NCBI GenBank assembly: GCA_000708835.1
Contig: DF237388.1
Location: forward strand, 12,986-76,985
DNA: 64,000 nt
Direction of reading: 5' to 3'
Source of the DNA: Klebsormidium nitens
Lineage: Eukaryota > Plantae > Klebsormidiophyceae
Position numbers and translations under genes: made by a program. This document shows positions 26,401-38,720 of this stretch, in pieces (position 1 is the first letter of the stretch; the number at the start of each line of letters is the position of its first letter). Below the pieces are notes generated by a model that was not told the origin of the DNA, did not search any database, and saw only the letters and a program-made list of their open reading frames with translations.

Positions 26401-29400
26401 CGAACAGGTGGTTTGACGACTTCGTCTGCTGTCACTCTCCAAGATCCCTGTAGAGAAGAACGGCAGTTGCCTACCGGAATTTGCTGCATATCGTTCTTTC
26501 AATCTCTGGATAGCGTTGGCTTCCTTCTGAAAGGATCCAAGCAACGAGCCAGGTCTGGGGCACGTAAACCGCTGGCAACCCTGTCTTCATTCTCAAAAAG
26601 CTGTCCCAAACCTTGCGCTAATCCTATATGCAGACAAATGTCAGGCACTCACCGCCCCGCAGTTCCAGCTCAGGTTGTGCGACTCCCCGTCCATGTTCCG
26701 CTCCCCGTTCGCATCGTTGTGCTTCTCGTTGTACGACACCAGGTCGTTCAGCGTGAACCCGTCGTGCGCCGTCACAAAGTTGACGCTGTGCTTGGGCTTC
26801 CGCCCGCCCGCCTGGTAAATGTGCGGCGACCCGCAGAGGCACTGCGCGAAGTCGCCGGCTTGGCCGTCCGTGCCCTTGACGAACATGCGGACGACGTCGC
26901 GGAAGCGTCCGTTCCATTCGGACCAGACGCCCCAGTGCGGGAAGGAGCCGACCTGGTACAGGCCGCCGCAGTCCCACGGCTCCGCGATCAGCTGCGAGCG
27001 GATCAAAGGTCGTGAGTAAGATATTGTGAGACCTTGAGCTTCCGGATGTCTACATGTTTGATCGATCGTTCTCCTACGGTTTTTGATTCAAATAGCCGCA
27101 CATGTTTGGTGTTGACTATGCCAGGATCAGCAACCTTATGATGGGTGGAATGCAGACGAAGAACGAACCACAACTTATTTTGGGCGTTATTGCGATGTTG
27201 GACGCATTTTCCTTTTGTAGCTTTTTGAACTTGCGGGTACCAAAAGATAGTTTGGCTCGCAGTCCAGCATATGTGAGGAGACTTACAAAGAAGGGAGCTG
27301 AACGGGAAGCGAGAAGATACGTCCTGTCTAACGATTGGTTACGTTCGCACCCACGGAGCGCCGCTTTTCCGCAGTTGTTGGCGCTCATGAACGCTAAGCT
27401 TCCTTCAGGCGGACCAGTACATGCATTGTGTCGTCTCACCGTGATCCTCGTCATTCTGTAACTGTACAATCGCTGCCACGTTCCACTCTCGTTCTTCCAA
27501 ATCAGCAGATTCGCAGAGACCGTACGTTGAAAACAACCTTGCCTGTTTGGCACCTTGCTCAAAACTTTCGACCTCAGGTCACCATTCCGTAGCCCAATCC
27601 AAGAACCCTTGACGATCTGCAGATGGTTATCTCAAGCTCATTTTGACCCCTCGGAGAATTCTGTCGTCCATGTCAACCATGTCAACCATAACGGCTTGGT
27701 CAGCGGTGTTTCTCTCTTGATGAAAGGATGTAGATCTACTTTGCAACCCAACGGAAGGAGACTTTGACTTTTAGTCTAGCTCTTTAAGCTCACCTTGACT
27801 CCTCTGAGAATCCCGTCGTTGCTGGCCGTGTCCACTAGCAGCGGGTCCTTGAACGGCGTTCCTCATTTCTTGAAAGGAATCGGATTTATTTCAAAGCAAT
27901 GAAAAAAGACCAAATGCTTGTAGTATGGCTATTTTAGCTCACCTTGACCCCTCTGAGCCCCCCGTCGTTGCTGATCATGTCCACTAGCAGCGGCTCGTCA
28001 AAAGGCGTTCCTCTCGTCTTGAAAGGAATCAAAACTTCTCGCTAACCCAATCCAAAAAGACCAAATGCTTGTAGTATAACTATTTGAAGCTCACCTTGAC
28101 CCCTCTGAGCACCCCGTCGTTGCTGATCATGTCCACGAGCGGCGGCTCGTTCAGCGGCGTGCCGGTCGTGACGATGTCCGTCTCCTCCGACGTCCCGAAC
28201 ACCTCGGACCGCTCCCACGTGCCGCTCGCGCGTGTGAAGATGGAGCCCAGGTCGAAGCGGAAGCCGTCCACGTGCATCTCCAGCACCCAGTACCTGTCAC
28301 ACCAGGATCTTTTCAAAATAGGAGACGAGGGTGTTGAGTTACTTTGGTGTGACGTTCAACTTCTCGAAGCCGCCTGCTCGGGCAGACATACAACGGGATC
28401 TCCCAACGAAATTGCCAGCGACCCTCGAAGTGAGGCGAAGACGAGACCGCCGCATGACCCAGAATATGCTCTGCCGTTCGCATTTCTATAGGCGACACAG
28501 AGATTGCATGTAAAACTTTGTTGAGTCCGAAAGTGGTTGGTGAGGAATCACCAGACCAGGAGATGCAGAAGTCAGGAGATCCATCGAAGCAGCAGAAAAA
28601 GCGGCTGGACAGGCGAGCAGATACTCTAAACGAACGGACAGGAAAATATGCGAGGTGCACCTTAAACAGTCGACGATGAACTGCCGGACAACGGGATGGT
28701 TGATGTTGAGGGTGTTGCCACAGCCAGAGTAGTTGTAGAACTCGCCCTGCAAAGAGCGACATGACAGGTATGAGATCAATCGGCCCTTTCGCAGAGTTCC
28801 GCGTTTCAAAACAGTCTGCCCCCTAATGCATCTGTCCCTGTGCTCCAAATTGCCGTTCCTCTGGGCAGAAGCTTTGGTCATTCAGGGAACGAAAGTAGCA
28901 AAAAGCGGAAGCGTCTTGGTACTCTGTGGGATGCATTGTTGAGTTTGTGCGGCCTTATGACACCCTTGAACGGAATCGGAAGGTCAAGCCAAACGACTGT
29001 GCTGCCATTGTAGGAGGGGACTAAGGTCGCAACGAGCCTAATGCGTTTCAAGAAGTGTGAACAGGCACTATATTCCTTTCTGCGTCTATGCCTCTGCTGC
29101 CATTGATTCACCACCAAACTGCCAAATGTTCGAGGCACTTGCTTATTTCAACTGTTGAAATAAGCTTCCCCCCCACCTGAGGAGCCACCATATAGTACAC
29201 CTTATTTGCCAACCCCCGGAACGAAATCGTCGGCCCCATCTCGTTCCCCTCGGCGCTGTGGTTGAAAACCACGTCCATGATGACCTCGATGCCCTGCTTG
29301 TGGCACTCCTTAACCATGGTTTTGAACTCGGTTACGGCGTCCCAACCCCGGTTAGCGGTTCCAGAGGCGGCATAACGGGTCATGGGGGAGAAGAAATTGA

Positions 29401-31976
29401 CGGTGGAGTAGCCCCAGAAGTTCATCCTGAAGAACCGGGAAATACCGTGTGAGGAAGCGTGCTGAGTGTGTTTTGGCGATCCCATCTTCCTAGATGGCAC
29501 TGAACTCAGTTCCTCAACTGATGCAATGACGGCTTGCTTTGCCAACCGAGCAAGCGGTCTTTAACCAGCTCTAAATGATTCCAAAAGGCCTCAGTTGTCT
29601 GTATGCAAAATGTTTCGCTTGATCCAGGAGGACAAACGTAAGTTTGAGATGCAAAATCTCAATTCTTTCGGCCCGGATTTGAGGCTGTTGAGCAGGCTTG
29701 CAATCCGCATGCAGCAGAAGCCACCTACTGAGCAGATTCCCAAGGTCCGTTTTGAATATTCTCCGTTGGAGGAACCTGGTGGACTGTCTTTGCTGAGGCC
29801 ATCTGCTTTCAAAATCTTGACTTCTTGTAAGGCAGTCATTTCGAAGATGCTGACTGGCTTGAAACCGTCAAAGCTAGGTGCTTGACCGACTGTCTGATCC
29901 AGAACACAAGTAAAGTGCCACTTACTTGTAGTCGTTCATCACGCTGTTGTATGCATAGTACTCCAGCTCGTTGAACTCATGCACCGGCATCAGCTCGATC
30001 GCATTAATGCCAAGCTGCTTCAGGTGCGGCAGCCGTTCAATAAGACCCTGGTATGTGCCGGGCGCGGAGGTCCCGCTGGATTCGTGCCGAGTGAAACCGC
30101 GCACGTGCATCTCGTAGATGATGAGGTCCTTCTGAGCAATGTTGGGGGCAATGTCGCCCTCCCAGTCAAACTGCAGGGGTACACACAGGGGCGTTGATTT
30201 TTGTGCCATGCTCTTCTAAATTTTCTGCTCAAAAGGTGTGAATCTACCAGTCCTACTGCGAAAAAGTGCTTCTTCAAGGGGTTTCAGGGGTTGCGGTGTT
30301 TGGCGAAGCTGTGAGCCCACACTAGGTTCTCAGTTGTACTCTGTACAATGAACCTGATTGCCAAGGGACTCTTTGAGCTTTTTAAGTGAAGTTGCTCAAA
30401 AGCAGAAACTTACCTCGTCCTCCTGATCCGGAACTGCCCCTGCGAGCTGTGGCCAGCAGTTCCCGTCTCCACCAGGGATGCCATATTGGGACCTGCTCAC
30501 AACAGCCTGCACACAAACCAGAACATCACCGACTGAACAGGCATATTAAGGGGCCTCTTTCTGCTGACATGTTCGATTCAAGGTTTCAGAGATAGCAAAA
30601 TTAATGGCCAGTTGCAATCAGACAAGAGCTGGCTCTTGATGTCAGCAGACTCCTACTGATTTCTCGATTCTGTTGCGCATAGATGTGCCCCGCAATGGGA
30701 AGCAACGATCAGGCGTTTAGCAAACTGCAAACTTGAGCCACGATAGGTCCTGTAGCTATTTCTCTCTCCGATTTGCAGAAAGTCTGAGCAGAAAGCACCG
30801 CGATTCTGCAGCAGATAGACCACCTGTCAGCAGCATGTTTAGGGGCGTGCCCTCAATTTGCAGGCACAGTAAACTCTTCATGCTCTTCACGGCTTTCATG
30901 AGCTTCACATTCAAAAAAAAGATTGCAGGCACCTTTGCATACGGATCTAGCATGATCTTGGTCTCATCAAACCGCTGGCCGTCCTCTGGAAGGAAAGGTC
31001 CCCCAACTCGCCACCCATAGAGCAGGTTCTTGGACAGTGCAGGCAGGAGCACATGCCAGACATCGCCCGTCCGGTTGATGAGTGGATCAAGGGGCACCTC
31101 TGCTGTCACGGTTCCCTGGAGTGTTGGAAGATAGAATACGTTGGCCTTTCGGCTTGAAAATGTAGGGAACTGAGACGCGATCATCCAAGTTTCATCAACC
31201 ATTGCAGAGGCAAAGAGCTGTTGAAGACAGAGACCTGTGCAGGCACCCTCCTCGACCACATTGCTGAACTAGGTCAGGGTGATTGGCATTGCAGAGACGC
31301 CGATTGCGGAACAATCTATAACATCGTTGCAACTGTTTGGGATCCCTAGTTTCAAGTCACAACTCTCTCCTTCGAATAGCGATGTAGAGGAATGCAGCGA
31401 ATCAGGGAATGCTGAAATGAGGTCTGGCACAGCATTCCATTGCCTCAGCCTGCAACATTGTCTCCTCACATTCTGAAGGTCTCCCTCCGTAAAGAGGCAT
31501 AGCGACACTGTGTCTGCGCCGTCTGTTGTAATTGCAAAGTTGACTCCAACCCTTCCTTGCGCCAGAGAGGCCCCTAGTGGACTGGCAGCACCCCTCTGAG
31601 GGGTATCATAGAGCACATTGAGTCCATTGCCAAAGTCCCTTCCATCACTCTGTTGAAGTGTGCTGTATCTCCTGGGGCCAGCGGTTGGGTCTAGAAGAAC
31701 TGCTGTGGTCACACCAACTCTTGATTGAGACAAGTGAAGCCCTCTTCTTTGATCACGCGCAATGCGACTTGAATGAACATTGTGGAGCGGAACAGCCTTG
31801 AAGGGAATGGAACTTGAGAGGTGACTGCAACTGCTCAAAGATTTTGAATTGCTCTCAAGCGGACGCTGACTGATGAATGCAGCATGAGGGCGACTGCTCC
31901 TGTGTTGGCACTGACTGGCGCTTGCCCCTAATGAAGTGTGCAAAGACCCCTGAACTGCCAGACAGAAGCTCTCCAT
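23499..31976 (-). CDS. ISA1: Isoamylase 1 (GH13 starch debranching enzyme) with plastid transit peptide; 14 exons, ~869 aa
   Basis: Exons 31470-31976, 30933-31115, 30414-30506, 29926-30170, 29177-29426, 28661-28746, 28095-28293, 26653-26991, 26239-26322, 25729-25809, 25196-25278, 24388-24505, 24058-24215 and 23499-23682 (2610 nt). Motifs [37 protein letters not shown], catalytic DGFRFDL / IAEPWD / FVTAHDGF, and [25 protein letters not shown]. Ser-rich N-terminus. The ELEYY..NFWGYST segment is ISA1-type. Confidence 0.93.
27787..28160 (-). repeat. Tandem triplication (~150-bp unit) of the ISA1 exon 7 3' end plus donor and adjacent intron
   Basis: agctcaccttgac..ctctgag..cccgtcgttgctg..ggcgt occurs at about 27787, 27936 and 28088 (the real exon). 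cttgaaaggaatc and aaaaagaccaaatgcttgtagtat are each present twice. Confidence 0.9.
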
Positions 31977-33410
31977 TTCAGCCAGTCCGGCAGAGATCAG
32001 ATGTCGCACTCGTGCTGCGAGCCCCGCCCAGCATTAGCATTATACGCAGAGAGAGCTATATCCTCCCATGTATGGTTCTCCGAGAGAAGCTGTTTACCCC
32101 CTCCCCCGCAAAGATTTCAAATCCTGGTCGCTGCTGGACAAAACTACAAGCAAAATGTCTCAACCAGCATCGCTTTTGAAGCGAAAGGCTATCTTTTGGG
32201 GATGAGAAGAAGCGCCTGAGGCCTAGCAGGAGGAATGCAGGATCCACTCTGGACTTGCTTTTTCCATTCAGACTCCGACAGAGATTCTTTTTAATAGGAG
32301 AGCCCTTGACCACCGTCCGATAAGCTGGCTTCGACACTCACGGTTCTGTGCCGGCTTCTTGAAACCGTCAGATGATATCTGAACCATGGTCATCGGACGG
32401 CGGGAACTAAAAGCGCCTCAGGATCTGCACTTTTTGGCCACGTCATCCGAAAAGCGTGCATGAAGCATTGCGACCATGATGGTTCCAACGGGCCTGCTCA
32501 AACTTAAAGTGTCTCAGAAAGCCGCCGTCTCCTCAAGGAGGATGCATGGAACACTGGTTCACAGGACATCTGTTTTGCTAGCTTCTTCGCCGACATTTCG
32601 CCCCACGAGCCACTAGTTACAACCGTCCAGGCCCCCACTCCTTCGAAGCTGGATCTATCAGCGTGTGATCGTATTAATTGCGTGAGCCCAGTAAAGAGCT
32701 GTTCAACAGTGACATGCACGTCTCCATGCGGCTCAAGCGCAAAGCATGTAATTGAAATCTCAGGGACTTGCAGCACAGCCAGCGTCTGCAGGACCTATAA
32801 AAACGACTCGTAATCTTTTGTTTATCACATCCAGGACAAAGGTTGTGTAGCTGGCTAGAATGAATGCATGCGAGATAAGTCCAATAAAAATGTCTGGCAA
32901 TGTTGGGTCATACTAGGAAGGAGCGTTTACAAGATAAAACAGGAGACTGACATTGCTAAAGCTGAAACAAGTCGAGTTTCCATTCTTTATAATTATAGAC
33001 GATGTTGTACTAATTGTACAATGATTGCACAAGAACACGAGTCGGTAACGCTCTCAACATACGATTTAGCACATGTGACTTGCAATCCGAGTCCTGTCTG
33101 CCCAGTTTGCATCATGAACGTCGCTCACCATGATGTTTAGAAATCTTTTCACAGTTTCGGGAGACAACGGTCATGCAAATTCCCAACCCGTTGCTAGTAC
33201 CTACATGGGGGCTACACAGCGAGAAAAACATGACTCAAGTATGTTCAACCCATTGATCTTGAGTTTACCCACAAATGAGACGCTGCTCATACGTGAGACA
33301 CCGTCCAACCAAAATGGTAAAATGTAGATTTTATGTTCTGTACAATCGTCCAATCGCTAACCCTCCGCTCTAAGGTCGGCGGCCCGCCCTACACAGAGCA
33401 GCAACAAGCC

Positions 33411-36400
33411 TTACATGCGCCAAGATTCGGCCCCTGTGAAGTCTACAGGATCGTAGACGGATGGCGTGTACGACACAGGCACGTAGATTTCCTCAATCTT
33501 CTTGTGCGGCCAACTCGAATCCAAACGCCGCACTTCTTCCTTCTCGGATTTCAACCTGCACGGAGCAGATCAACGGTCACAAGCGTTCAGACCTTCTGTC
33601 ACAAGCTTTCAAACCTTCTATTACAAGCTTTCAAACCTTTTGTCACAAGCTTCCGAACCTGAGTCCCGCTGGAAACGCAATTAGAAGACCCTCACGCGAC
33701 TGCTCAAGCTTTTCCGGACAGAAACAGCGTTTCCCTGTCGTAAAGTTTACAGTTGTTTTGGCCCTATCTGATACGATTGACTCTTTGACGACGAAGCAGT
33801 ACACGTTTGATCGTTTGCTTGACTTCGTCCACCTTAAACCATGTTGAAACTGGCTATGTAACCCACTTTGTCAGGAGTAGATGTGGCCTGTCGGACAACC
33901 ATTAGCATGGGTTACAAGTAACTCTTTTCGAAGGAGAGTGTGCATATAAACTAGATGCATCCAAGGCCATAAGCTACAACCAACTATCACTTACTCGATA
34001 CCATCCTTTTTCAGAGCCCGAAGGAGAGTCCCCTTGGCACGCTCGACTGCGATCCACTCCTCTCCCTGTGACGACGAATCAGTCAAATCCATTGCGTACC
34101 GCCTGCGACAGAACAAGAGGAGACCGCTTTGAACTGCCCATCAATCCGCTCTCTCGACTTCGTCTGTTAGTCTCGAGACACCATCAAGACTGCTCCGTGG
34201 CCTCACGATAAACCCTGAACGACCGGGCATATGTCTTGAGAAAGTTGGCAAGGAGAATGGAATGAGAGCAATACTCATAAACCGCTCAAGAGCGAACGAA
34301 ATAAAAACTCTCCGTGAATTGCAATTTTGAAAGGTACGAGCCCCGGGTGACGTTGACGCTATGCAATGGTCTCACGGTTCTGACACGAAAGATTGTCGGA
34401 ACGTCACGCGATGTCAGAGGACCCCCTCAAAACCTGTCACCCAGGACAAAATCGTCCTGACAAACGGAATGTAAAGAGAGCAAAATTGTTCCCCACCTGA
34501 TCTCGTAATACTTGGTCTTCCTGATGACTTCGTGGGGCTCGTCCCGGGGGATATTGAACGCCGTCATCGGCTGGAGCTGCTTGATGACCGACGAAATGGC
34601 GGCCAGCGAAACGGGCTTTTGCTGCAGCAGCAAGCGATGCAAACGATGTCACGAGCTCATTCAGAGGTTACCAATGCGCAGAACTTGTTTGACAGGTCAA
34701 ATCGAACCCTTTCGGCGGTTAAGTCCTCGGATGAACTACGTCGCTTGAAAGTAAGTTCTAAGAAAGACCGGCAGAGAACCCAAGAGAAGCTGCTCAATTG
34801 CGGCATTTGAAAACGTGTATCTCGCTTCTCGACAGTGTTCTCGGCTGGGAACATTAACGCGAGCGACTGTCAATAGCACAGACAGCCCACTTTACGAAGC
34901 CAACTCAAACTGGTGACGAGCCACCTGAAGTGGATATTTAGATGGTTTCAAAAAGAAGCGCTTCTGAAATAAACCTTGCTTGCGTACCTCCTTTCCTGCC
35001 AGGTTATCCCAGTAGTCGATGTGCGCGTTCAGCTTGGCATTCTTCAGATCCACGCCATACTTGGTGATCCCAGTGAGAATCACAGTCGGCGTCCTACAAA
35101 ACACAATGGCTCGTTCTTCTATTCCGGTCTCAGACCCAGAGAAATTATCACAATCGAAGTGTTACAACCAAATATGACTCGTACCATGTTTCGGTTTCGG
35201 CAGCAAACAGCGCAAGGACTTCTCTTCCAAATACTCACTCGACTGTCAAAGTGACTGCGAAGTGCATAGACACGGTCGGCCTTCTGCATATCCACGGTTT
35301 GAATTGCAACAAACAAACGCCGCTCCTCAAATGGCATCTACAGACGTTCTTGACTCCTTCGACTGACTGTTTATTGGCTGAACTCTTGGAAGAAGTGAGC
35401 TCTCATTGGTGAACCGGCCAGGTTTGACTCACCAGGGCCAGAAACGTGCGGGCAGGTCGAACGTCCACCTGGCAGTGATCTCGTTCTCCCCGGTGGCCTT
35501 GATGTCGTGCAGCAAATACTTGCCCCCCGCAAAGACGAGGCGAAGCACCCATACATTGAGTTTGAAGCCAATCAGACGATGCCAGTTGTTCTGGGGGTCT
35601 TGGAAATGCACCTGTACGTAGTCGAATTCTGAGAAGTTACTGAAGTGCATTTTGTGTATCAGATCAAAGCCAGATCGCAGAGTGACTGGAAAACTGTCAA
35701 CAGAGCCACCCCATTCAAACCAGAGTTTCCTGAACCAACTTGCGCTGAGCGCAATGCTGCCCAAAAGACTGGACTTGCCCAGATCGCAAAATAGGAGCAC
35801 ACACAGGGGAAGTCGTCCCTCCAGCCGGCAAGAACGTAAACATTATTATGCAAATGCAGCTTGCCAGCTGCCACCCTCCCCATCTAACAGCTGTCAGACG
35901 AGCTCTCTAATCTTGTAGTAGCGAACCCCTTTGGGAGAGACGCGATAACTTGGTTAGACCGTTACATATCACATAGTGCTCTGCTTGAAGGAAGACTATC
36001 CGAGGGCACTAACAAAAGTAATCACATGTGAAGAATCTAATCTTCCGTGATCCCCCAATCATCCGAACCCAACCAACGCTGAAGAACATGCACTTACATC
36101 CTCTCTGTACATTGTGGTAGTGATCCCGTTCTCCGAGAAGAACTTCGGCATCTCCTCTTTTAACACGTCAATCAGCAACTGCACGGATGGATGCACATCC
36201 TCAGGAACCAGTTGGCGGCCCCTCTCTTTGTCAGGATCATTCAGAAAGTCTGCACCGCCCACACCCAATCTGGAGGCAGCCTCCTCCTGAGTACTCGCTA
36301 TAGAATCAGTGCGTTCCTTGCTGCTAGTCCCAGTGGCTTGCATGGTCGTCTTCTGGTTGGAGCCCCGTTTCCTGATCACTGGGGAAAACCCAGGCACAGT

Positions 36401-36652
36401 TGTTTGAAGAGAATCTGCTTTGTCCATGCTGAAGAGCTGCGAGTCTAGTGCTATCCTGGGCCTAATAACTTGCGGTCCAGTCTTGTCACAACGCGTCTTC
36501 TTGCTGCTCAGGCTTGCTGCAAAACCTGACGTGCCAAACGCTGCGGTGCAAGTCAGCGGGCGTGCCTGCTTTGATGGTATTGCTGAGGCACCAGAAACGG
36601 AGCTCAGGCGGCCGAGAATCTGCTTTGAGCTGACCAATGAAGTCACTGCCAT
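33411..36652 (-). CDS. Plastid-targeted DUF2358 (SnoaL-like) protein with a shortened SOUL-like C-terminus (HBP5-like architecture); 6 exons, ~405 aa
   Basis: Exons 36098-36652, 35433-35611, 34988-35093, 34497-34621, 33995-34102 and 33411-33555 (1218 nt, in frame). MYREDVHFQDPQN, EITARWTF..PW, TGITKY, HIDYWD and SLAAISSVIKQL resemble the DUF2358 part of plant HBP5-like proteins. HEVIRKTKYYEIRRY resembles the start of a SOUL domain. Transit-peptide-like N-terminus. The last two exons are less certain. Confidence 0.72.
33576..33660. repeat. 22-bp minisatellite, about 4 units (gtcacaagctttcaaaccttct)
   Basis: Units start at 33576, 33598, 33620 and 33642, in the last intron of the DUF2358 gene about 20 nt from its acceptor. 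Confidence 0.85.
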
Positions 36653-38720
36653 TTTCAGACAGTTGAGTATGAAGGACGACGCTACACAGCCTAGCTCTCC
36701 GCTGAGATCAGACGCCAACTGGTCAACTGATTAGGTTCAGACAGGGTTCATTCAAAATGGTCTACTGTCAAAAGTGCTCAACGTTGATCCTGGAACTCGT
36801 AGTTGAGAAGCGGCGTCCTCTGAAGCACCACTTTACATGCAATAACAAAGCAGGTTTCCTTCCAAATCAGACTGCTTTGAGTCGTTGTGTGGTCTTGCTT
36901 CTCCTTGGAAACAGAAGTGTCCAGCTTCAGGGCCCGTCATCTACAACCTCGTCCAGATTGCTCCAGCCAGGTCGCAAAAGTGAGCGTATTCATGATCGAC
37001 ACTGATCAGGGCTCTAGGATCCCCATTCTTGTCAGCTGCCGAAAGTCAGTCAGTCGTGGCAGCGAAGACAGTTGCAAGCGTCTCCGTGCCTGTTGCATGC
37101 AGTGAAAGTGCATGCAGGCATTCATAAAGTGCGTGCATGCAGGACCGAGCAGCTCGCTGAGCCTTGCTCCGAGCCCCCGCAGGGATCCCTCTGGGGGTGT
37201 TCAACTCAAAGCTCCATCTTTAACCCTCCGATGATTAGCATCGGACGGAGCATGTGCCACCAGAACTAAATCACTTGGCCTCCAGTGTTGCCTTTGTAGT
37301 ACCGACCGGTAGGAGGTACGGTACTTCTCAAGCCATGTTACTCCTCTGGTATGTACCTTGGGTTACCACGTGGATCTGAAAGGCCATCCGATTGGCTAAG
37401 AGATATGGAACGCACTGTACGTGCAGCTTTTCGGTCGACGCGCACCCTTAGCCCAGCTGCGCGGTCTGAAGCGAATTGCATGAGGCGAATTTGTCCGAAC
37501 GAAGCCCCGTCTACCTGCTTTTAGTCTCGTTGGGTTTTGCATGGAACTTTTCAAACATTCAAGTTGAGCAACTGAAAAAGGAAGACCTTGGGGCTGCTTC
37601 ATCAGTCTATTCATTGGCAGCTACCGAGCAATTCCTCTTTACAGTGACAGCTGCATGGCATGCTTGTGACTTGTGCGGCATTGTTGGCAGCCTGCTCTTT
37701 GTGTGTATAAAACTTTTCCGGGCAGCAGACTTAGTCAACATAGCATGCAATAGCATACTTCGCATTGTGGGCCACCATTGGAATCGCCAATCAGTAGATT
37801 AAAGATTGGATATTGGGGCCGATCCTCATTCCAGGCCCGACGCGAAATGATTTGCAATAAATGCTTCAGCTATGCGTGGTCTAGGACGTGTGATGAAGCA
37901 GCTCCTTGCAGCGAACTTGACTCGGGCCTCAATTTGATGTATACCACAATTGCCCGGGGGGCCCGGGCGTTTGCAAGGCAGACCAGTCAATTACATTTAT
38001 ATAACATGCTTCTAGAGCATAATAAGTTCATGTCAGTACCGTCAAAATACTTCACCTAAGTTGCATGGTATCCGGGTTTATAAGAACAAGTGACCATATC
38101 CGGCCGATGATCACCTTCATATGGACGTTTCTATGCATTTGAATGCCGCATGCATGCATCACATGATCAATTAATGTATGTGGATGGTGACACGTGACGT
38201 ATGCAAAAGAGCTGCAGGTCCGTCACAGCCCGCCGGCAGCTGGCGGCCATCATCTTGGATGATCTAATGTAGATCATCGGACTATAGCACGCTGCTCAGT
38301 CACAGAGAGCTCAGCTGCGGCCGAGCTTGCAAAACAGCTGTGACGTAAGCTTAAACCAAATCGAGCATGATAGCTTTTACCAATCCTACGTTGATCCCGG
38401 CTAGGTTGATCCGCAGCATTGTCTGCCCAATCATTATATTGTGTTGGACACTAGGTGCTCCGACATTGAATGCGTTTGGCGAGTTTGGTGTTACTCTGGA
38501 CAATATTCAACCTCTCATGCACTGAAAGGCAGCGGTAATTGATAGCATAACCTGGTTAACCGGAGCCTGCAGGCAGATACAATGCCAGATACAATGACGG
38601 ACGATTCATCAAAGCGTGCACAGTCGTCAGGACAGACGGTATCATCATAGTATGCACTTCCCGAGCAAAAGCAACATAAATCAGTGGCTAACTGAAAACC
38701 CAGCAACACGCAGGTTACTC

